Below, one piece after another: positions 15,807-20,000 of a stretch of DNA of 20,000 nucleotides. This DNA comes from an uncultured virus (IMG/VR IMGVR_UViG_3300010885_060749) (Duplodnaviria; Heunggongvirae; Uroviricota; Caudoviricetes), in IMG/VR virus record IMGVR_UViG_3300010885_060749. One strand, written 5' to 3'. The notes under the pieces are model-generated. The model saw only the letters and a program-made list of their open reading frames with translations, was not told where the DNA came from and did no database searches. A program made the position numbers and the translations under genes. How positions within the stretch are numbered: the stretch's first letter is position 1; each line of letters opens with the position of its first letter.

Positions 15807-16477
15807 GTTAAATTTTCTTTTAACTTTTTCGCTCTGAAGTAGTTTGCACCTTTAGGAGCTAAACCAACTTTAATCAGCGCCTGACGAATTGACAAGCTGC
15901 TTTTTAGTGCTTCTGAAAGATCTTCATCACTCACTCTTTTTCTAGAGTTACTTTTGCTTTTATTTCTGCCTCTCCACGTGTGAGTTAGAGAATGGCAATT
16001 TGGGCAAAGAAGCTCTAGGTTCGATCTGTCATTATTATTTGTGTTTCCATCGCGATGTTCAAGCTCTAGAGTTATTTTTTGTCCGAGCCAGTTTTCTAAT
16101 CCGCAATGGTTACATTTACCAGATTGTTCACGGAAAATTTTTTCTCTTTTCAAGATGATTGAAAGTTCTTCAAATGAAGCATTTAGCTTGACTTCCAATC
16201 TGTTTTGATTATATCTTTCGCGTTCAAGCTTTGCATCATTTTTATCGCAATTTGACTTGTGCCCTATCAGAGCCATCTTCGAACCGAATTTTTTACCGCA
16301 CCCATCACACTCAAAATCTTTGGGACATTCTCTACCAGACAAAGACTTTGAGACTTTTTCATTTATCTCTTTTCTCTTCGATCTAGTCGAAAATGACCTC
16401 GAACATTTTGCGCTGCAGAATCTTCCGCTTCCATACGAGGCATCATGAGAGATTGAGCAATTTTCGCATTCGAACAT
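15797..16477 (-). CDS. Free-standing HNH homing endonuclease with zinc fingers
   Basis: HNH core CNHC...LELEHRDGNTNNNDRSNLELLCPNCHS. N-terminal CxxC..CxxxC finger, a C2HC-type finger (FECDGCGKKFGSKMALIGHKSNC) and a C-terminal SIRQALIKVGL..KGANY helical module. Visibly more AT-rich than its flanks; GAGG RBS. Confidence 0.9.
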   Translation of the reverse strand: MFECENCSISHDASYGSGRFCSAKCSRSFSTRSKRKEINEKVSKSLSGRECPKDFECDGCGKKFGSKMALIGHKSNCDKNDAKLERERYNQNRLEVKLNASFEELSIILKREKIFREQSGKCNHCGLENWLGQKITLELEHRDGNTNNNDRSNLELLCPNCHSLTHTWRGRNKSKSNSRKRVSDEDLSEALKSSLSIRQALIKVGLAPKGANYFRAKKLKENLTGL

Positions 16478-16527
16478 AAGTTAATCCTCTTGTTTTAGAT
16501 ATTAACCTGAGTTCGAATTTGTGATCT

Positions 16528-17124
16528 TTATTTCGGCTTCACGCCACTTTTTAGCACAATCTCGCAGATGTGATCGAGACGCTCAACGTGCTCAAAAGCT
16601 GACCACGGATCACCAGCGACTGCGCAGACCCCGTGATTCGCTTGCCCTACGATATCATACTGGAGCGACCCGTCCGGTAGGCACCCCAGATGCACCCCAG
16701 TCATATCGCCCAGTTCACGTGATGTTGCCGGCAGGGCAGGTACGTTAGGCCCTACTCGGGTGTACCGGTTCACTTCTGGAAACTGTCTGGCGAGCTCCTG
16801 AAGGTCCCAACCTGCAAACATTGCTGCAACCACATGGGTCGCGTGAACATGAACGACGGCGCGGGTTTTTGTGAAATCCTTCTGAATGAGCCAGTGCATA
16901 TGAAGCTCACCGCTTGCGGTTTGTCCGGAAGGAGCGATTACGCCGTCATCGACAAGCTTGCACTTCACGATATGCTCTGGGTGGATGATAGTCTTCCTCC
17001 AGCCTGAAGGCGTGATGTACAGAGTCTTCGAGTTATTACGACACAGTGAGATATTTCCGTCACGATTTGTGATCCATCCACGATCGTAGCACTTCCTCAT
17101 CACGTCGCCAATTGCAGTTAGCAT
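16528..17124 (-). CDS. Class II aldolase/adducin family protein (198 aa)
   Basis: GNISL, ITPSG, SGELHMH, AVVHVH..H and NHGVCAVA. Start moved to the ATG at 17124 (GGAG RBS); the track's extension crosses a terminator and another ORF. Confidence 0.88.
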   Translation of the reverse strand: MLTAIGDVMRKCYDRGWITNRDGNISLCRNNSKTLYITPSGWRKTIIHPEHIVKCKLVDDGVIAPSGQTASGELHMHWLIQKDFTKTRAVVHVHATHVVAAMFAGWDLQELARQFPEVNRYTRVGPNVPALPATSRELGDMTGVHLGCLPDGSLQYDIVGQANHGVCAVAGDPWSAFEHVERLDHICEIVLKSGVKPK

Positions 17125-17149
17125 GCTAATTTTCTCCGCTCGTAAATAT

Positions 17150-17178
17150 GAAAACGGCTGGCAACCAGTGCCAGCCGT
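17150..17178 (-). terminator. Intrinsic terminator after the small lipoprotein gene
   Basis: 10-bp perfect stem ACGGCTGGCA/TGCCAGCCGT with a 5-nt loop, followed by TTTCATATTT on the minus strand. Confidence 0.7.
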
Positions 17179-17200
17179 CGCTCTATTTTGAGCTTTAGGA

Positions 17201-17308
17201 TCACTCGGCCGTAGTGGCAGAGCTCGTATCAGTGCCGGTATCGTCCTTACCACCGGTGCAACCACCGAGGAAGAGAGAACCGAGAACTGCAAGAATGACG
17301 AACTTCAT
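17201..17308 (-). CDS. Small lipoprotein (35 aa; not in ORF track)
   Basis: AAGGAG RBS. MKFVILAVLGSLFLGGCTGGKDDTGTDTSSATTAE has a basic N-terminus, a hydrophobic core and lipobox LGG-C, and is followed by its own terminator. Confidence 0.75.
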   Translation of the reverse strand: MKFVILAVLGSLFLGGCTGGKDDTGTDTSSATTAE

Positions 17309-17364
17309 TGTGCTTCTCCTTTGAGACGTTAATTTTAACTCTTTTACTGAGACTATAAACAGAG

Positions 17365-17440
17365 TGGTGCCCCGGGCGGGATTCGAACCCGCCCTACAGA
17401 GATTTTAAGTCTCCTGACTCTGCCGCTGGTCTACCGGGGC
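17365..17440 (-). tRNA. tRNA-Leu(TAA) with short variable region
   Basis: GCCCCGG/CCGGGGC acceptor, GGAGA-CTTAAAA-TCTCT anticodon arm, 5-nt variable loop, GGGTTCGAATCCC T-arm, A73 and CCA; 76 nt. Confidence 0.92.
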
Positions 17441-17450
17441 CAACAGAAAG

Positions 17451-17479
17451 ACTATACTGGTGACGAGTTCAATTTGCAA
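17451..17479 (-). promoter_or_regulatory. Sigma70-type promoter for tRNA-Leu
   Basis: TTGCAA-N17-TATAGT on the minus strand, ending 10 nt before the tRNA 5' end. Confidence 0.65.
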
Positions 17480-17482
17480 CGA

Positions 17483-17489
17483 ATATTTA
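17483..17489 (+). promoter_or_regulatory. ATANTTA putative phage late-promoter motif (one of eight exact upstream copies; see findings)
   Basis: ATATTTA lies 5 nt before the kinase ATG, and the same motif precedes seven other genes. Confidence 0.5.
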
Positions 17490-17494
17490 ACAAG

Positions 17495-18529
17495 ATGAAC
17501 GGAAACCTAAGAAAGCTGATACGCTTGATGCTGGAATCGGACGCCACCGCGCCACTACCAGCCCACCATGTCCCAGCAGATCCGTTTGTGCAGAGACGAG
17601 CGAAGATGGAAAGTGTGGCCAAAGATGTCGCAGAAGAGATGGGATTGGCCGACGTTCGATACCTGTCAAGATCCAAGAGGCTGTACGGAGCTTACACATT
17701 CTCAGCCGTCGACGAGAGAAATGAAAACGTAATTCTTAAGATTCAGCCCCTGAATGAGATCGAGAGCTACAAACGCGCCCAGCAAGCGATTGTCAGACTA
17801 CCAGACCGGGTTGCTCGCCATATGCCAGTGATCTATAAGATCAGAACGCTAGAGGACCTGGGAGTTCCGCTTCCAACTGATGACTTTGGAAGTCCAGAGA
17901 ATCTGGGTGTCATTGTCATGGAGAGACTCGAGGAGCTACCGGGAAATATGTTCGATCTCATTACCCAGCCAGCGACTCGATCCATCCACTCTTTAGGCTC
18001 TCTTGTTAGCGATCGTGAAGCTTTCTCAGCAGTCGTTGATGAGGCAATGAGCAGATCGAAGCGCGCGGTCGACGCAGCGATTGCCGGTGCTCCAAGAAAA
18101 TCAGACCCAGCCGAAGAATTCAGCAGACTTAAGAAAATGCTGGTCTCCGCATCTTATGACCCTGAGGTAACAGATCAAGGTAGTGGAATAATGCTCTCGG
18201 CCATTGACGGACTAAGATCGGCGATTGGAAAGAAAGTTGAGCTCTGGTGCCGCGCGCTTGGAATCACCAGACCTGGTTCAATACAGTCGTTGAATCAGAT
18301 GATAATGAGCTCAATAACGAGCTTGCTCGGACGTCGAGCGGTTCCGAAAGAGCCGACGAAAGAAGTCCCTGGACCGCTTGGAAGAATCAAGGGAGTCCGG
18401 GAACTCGTGAGCGCACTTGAGGATCTAAAGTCAATGAACATCAATCCGTCTGACGTTCACGGAAACAACATCATGCTAAGGCCGGAGACAGGTGAGCTTG
18501 TTCTGGCTGATCTAGGTCACTTCACCTAA
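17495..18529 (+). CDS. Protein kinase-like (PKL fold) protein with a helical insertion
   Basis: VILKI (ATP Lys), VIVMERLEEL hinge, catalytic loop SDVHGNNIM and LADLG (DFG equivalent). Start placed at the ATG at 17495. Confidence 0.8.
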   Translation: MNGNLRKLIRLMLESDATAPLPAHHVPADPFVQRRAKMESVAKDVAEEMGLADVRYLSRSKRLYGAYTFSAVDERNENVILKIQPLNEIESYKRAQQAIVRLPDRVARHMPVIYKIRTLEDLGVPLPTDDFGSPENLGVIVMERLEELPGNMFDLITQPATRSIHSLGSLVSDREAFSAVVDEAMSRSKRAVDAAIAGAPRKSDPAEEFSRLKKMLVSASYDPEVTDQGSGIMLSAIDGLRSAIGKKVELWCRALGITRPGSIQSLNQMIMSSITSLLGRRAVPKEPTKEVPGPLGRIKGVRELVSALEDLKSMNINPSDVHGNNIMLRPETGELVLADLGHFT

Positions 18530-18749
18530 TCATCTCATCGATAATTTCCTCTATCATCTCGCGAAGCCTCATCTGCTTGAAGTATTTTGCGATCTTACGA
18601 CGAACGTCAGGTTCCACCATGAGACCCGGCGCGTCAAGCATGTCAGGCTCGTGACCATAAGTCGGGTCATGTGGTGCCTTTGTCTTCGCGCGCGGCTCCG
18701 AGAGTTTATGCCTCCCGGCTGGTGACTCACCTGACGTTCTCCATCTCAT
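18522..18749 (-). CDS. Hypothetical protein (75 aa)
   Basis: ATGA-coupled to the upstream small ORF. Ends in LREMIEEIIDE. Confidence 0.6.
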   Translation of the reverse strand: MRWRTSGESPAGRHKLSEPRAKTKAPHDPTYGHEPDMLDAPGLMVEPDVRRKIAKYFKQMRLREMIEEIIDEMIR

Positions 18750-18895
18750 TTCTTTTCATCCTTTGTGTACCACAGAAATGATGCGCACGCAATTAGCAAC
18801 GTGACATCTGAGATCCAGAAAAATGTTCGACCCATCGGATCAAGCAGCATCCACATGAAGAGCCTGAACCAGTAGTCGACAATCTTAAAAATCAT
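18746..18895 (-). CDS. Small hydrophobic/membrane protein (49 aa; not in ORF track)
   Basis: MIFKIVDYWFRLFMWMLLDPMGRTFFWISDVTLLIACASFLWYTKDEKK exactly fills the gap, with ATGA overlaps at both ends. Confidence 0.65.
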   Translation of the reverse strand: MIFKIVDYWFRLFMWMLLDPMGRTFFWISDVTLLIACASFLWYTKDEKK

Positions 18896-20000
18896 CTACA
18901 GCTGCCGTAAAGATCGGTCGTAGCCCCTCCAGGAACGTTGACTTCAACAAACGGCTCATAGCAACCTTCCGAGTTGACGTTTCTAGTGTCAGTCCAGATG
19001 AGAGAGCCTCCAAGATACACACTCACCGTAACGTCGTTCTGACCCATGTAGACGGAACCTGGGTAGTCGTGCACGTAGACCGTGTAGGTCCCTCGTGCCG
19101 GTGAGTCGATGTTGATGTTCTCGGGACCAGTTCCCATGATGTCATCGAGATCGAGAACGGGGTTGTCAGCAGTGCCTGCGGCGCCCCAGTTAAGTCCGCC
19201 CCAGGTACAGTTCGCGTAATAGCAGTCGGATGTTCCCGTCAGGACCCCACCGTCATCCAGGAGGTGAAGGTCCATGTCATCTCCCGAGTAGGTCCAGAAC
19301 ATCTCGATCCAGAGACCGCTACCAGCGGTGGCGTTCAAGGTCGCCTGACACGGCTCCGACTCTAGGCCATCGTTGTCGACCACTACAAGCTCTCCGATGT
19401 ATTCTCCAGCGACATCAGGAACAAAGTTACGACGATTCGCAGTTCCAGCTGGCGTTGTTGCTGTTGCACCCGCTGGTGACGAGATCAACGTCCAGCGATA
19501 ATCAACGATTGAACCATCTGAATCGTATGAAGAATTTCCGACCCAATCGGCTGATCCGTGAATCGCCTCCACCTCAATCGGATCAACGGAGCAGACTGCA
19601 ACGGGTTGCGAAAGTGGCGGTGCAGTATCGCCTGTCTCTCCCGTATCGACATTGATCTCTGCGTGAGCTAGCAGAGGCACACTAGTATTAGGATGGCTAG
19701 GATCGTTAGAAAGGATTTGAAGGACACCGCTTGTTTCACTCCCATCTGAATTGTAAGTGATCGTTAGCTCAACAGAATCATCAGGCTCATATGTTCCCGT
19801 CAATGGCTCAAGGAGCGTGAACGTCTCTCGTCCCTCTCCTATCTGCATCGCTGTCACATTGAGAGCGACAGAACCCACCGATGACATCGTTATGATGCTA
19901 GCTGAGCTCTCACCCGCTGGAACGATCCCAAAGTCAATTGACTCCGGGTCGACCTGGATCGCAGGCGTCCCATCCGGAGGCGGATCTTTAACCGGATGAA
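18892..20000 (-). CDS. Exported Ig-like (ASH/choice-of-anchor D) + PKD-like + YfaP/DUF2135-like protein; start beyond the right edge
   Basis: The frame stays open past 19887 to the edge (HPVKDPPPDGTPAIQVDPESIDFGIVPAGE...). Contains LQILSNDP, a DTGETGDT linker, SYDSDGSIVDYRWTL and DMDLHL...LDLDD..GTGPENINI...GTYTVYVHDY. Confidence 0.8.
   Translation of the reverse strand, partial: HPVKDPPPDGTPAIQVDPESIDFGIVPAGESSASIITMSSVGSVALNVTAMQIGEGRETFTLLEPLTGTYEPDDSVELTITYNSDGSETSGVLQILSNDPSHPNTSVPLLAHAEINVDTGETGDTAPPLSQPVAVCSVDPIEVEAIHGSADWVGNSSYDSDGSIVDYRWTLISSPAGATATTPAGTANRRNFVPDVAGEYIGELVVVDNDGLESEPCQATLNATAGSGLWIEMFWTYSGDDMDLHLLDDGGVLTGTSDCYYANCTWGGLNWGAAGTADNPVLDLDDIMGTGPENINIDSPARGTYTVYVHDYPGSVYMGQNDVTVSVYLGGSLIWTDTRNVNSEGCYEPFVEVNVPGGATTDLYGSCR

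Noticed and set aside
17125..17292. 56-aa N-terminal extension of the aldolase in the ORF track
   Set aside because: It crosses a terminator and the lipoprotein ORF in another frame. Family similarity and an RBS begin at 17124.
1..20000. CRISPR array, diversity-generating retroelement, invertible shufflon or stop-codon reassignment
   Set aside because: I saw no regularly spaced repeats, reverse transcriptase or recombinase, and no adenine-specific repeat pair. Genes read intact in the standard code with TAA, TAG and TGA all used as stops, and there is no suppressor tRNA.

Overview
This window looks like part of a large tailed-phage (Caudoviricetes) genome. Genes are dense and mostly on the minus strand. 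A Myxococcota-like host is a tentative inference from two DTG-rich exported proteins. Left (1-5612): three paralogous Ser/Thr/Gly-rich tail-fibre-like genes plus a small fibre-associated gene. Middle (5642-14761): PIN-PhoH, a stand-alone sigma70 region-4 protein, a Rho-N/HeH-like protein, an Hc1 histone-like protein, a YkuK RNase H-like protein, a degenerate GroEL-like protein lacking the ATPase motifs, a NUDIX hydrolase, a HExxH protein, a cytidylyltransferase, a DinG helicase and a signal-bearing lysozyme. Right (15076-20000): a tRNA region with Glu-UUC, Gln-UUG, Lys-UUU and Leu-UAA, plus a class II aldolase, two small ORFs missed by the ORF track (a 35-aa lipoprotein and a 49-aa membrane protein), a protein-kinase-like gene and an Ig/PKD/YfaP-type surface protein. 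The highlight is tRNA-Lys(UUU). It is split inside its anticodon (35/36) by a compact 203-nt Azoarcus-type group I intron. Directly upstream is a free-standing zinc-finger HNH endonuclease whose stop codon lies inside the tRNA 5' exon, making a candidate collaborative-homing unit whose nuclease mRNA would be truncated by tRNA processing. A recurring ATANTTA motif just upstream of many starts looks like a phage late promoter. All family calls come from reading motifs, not from database searches.
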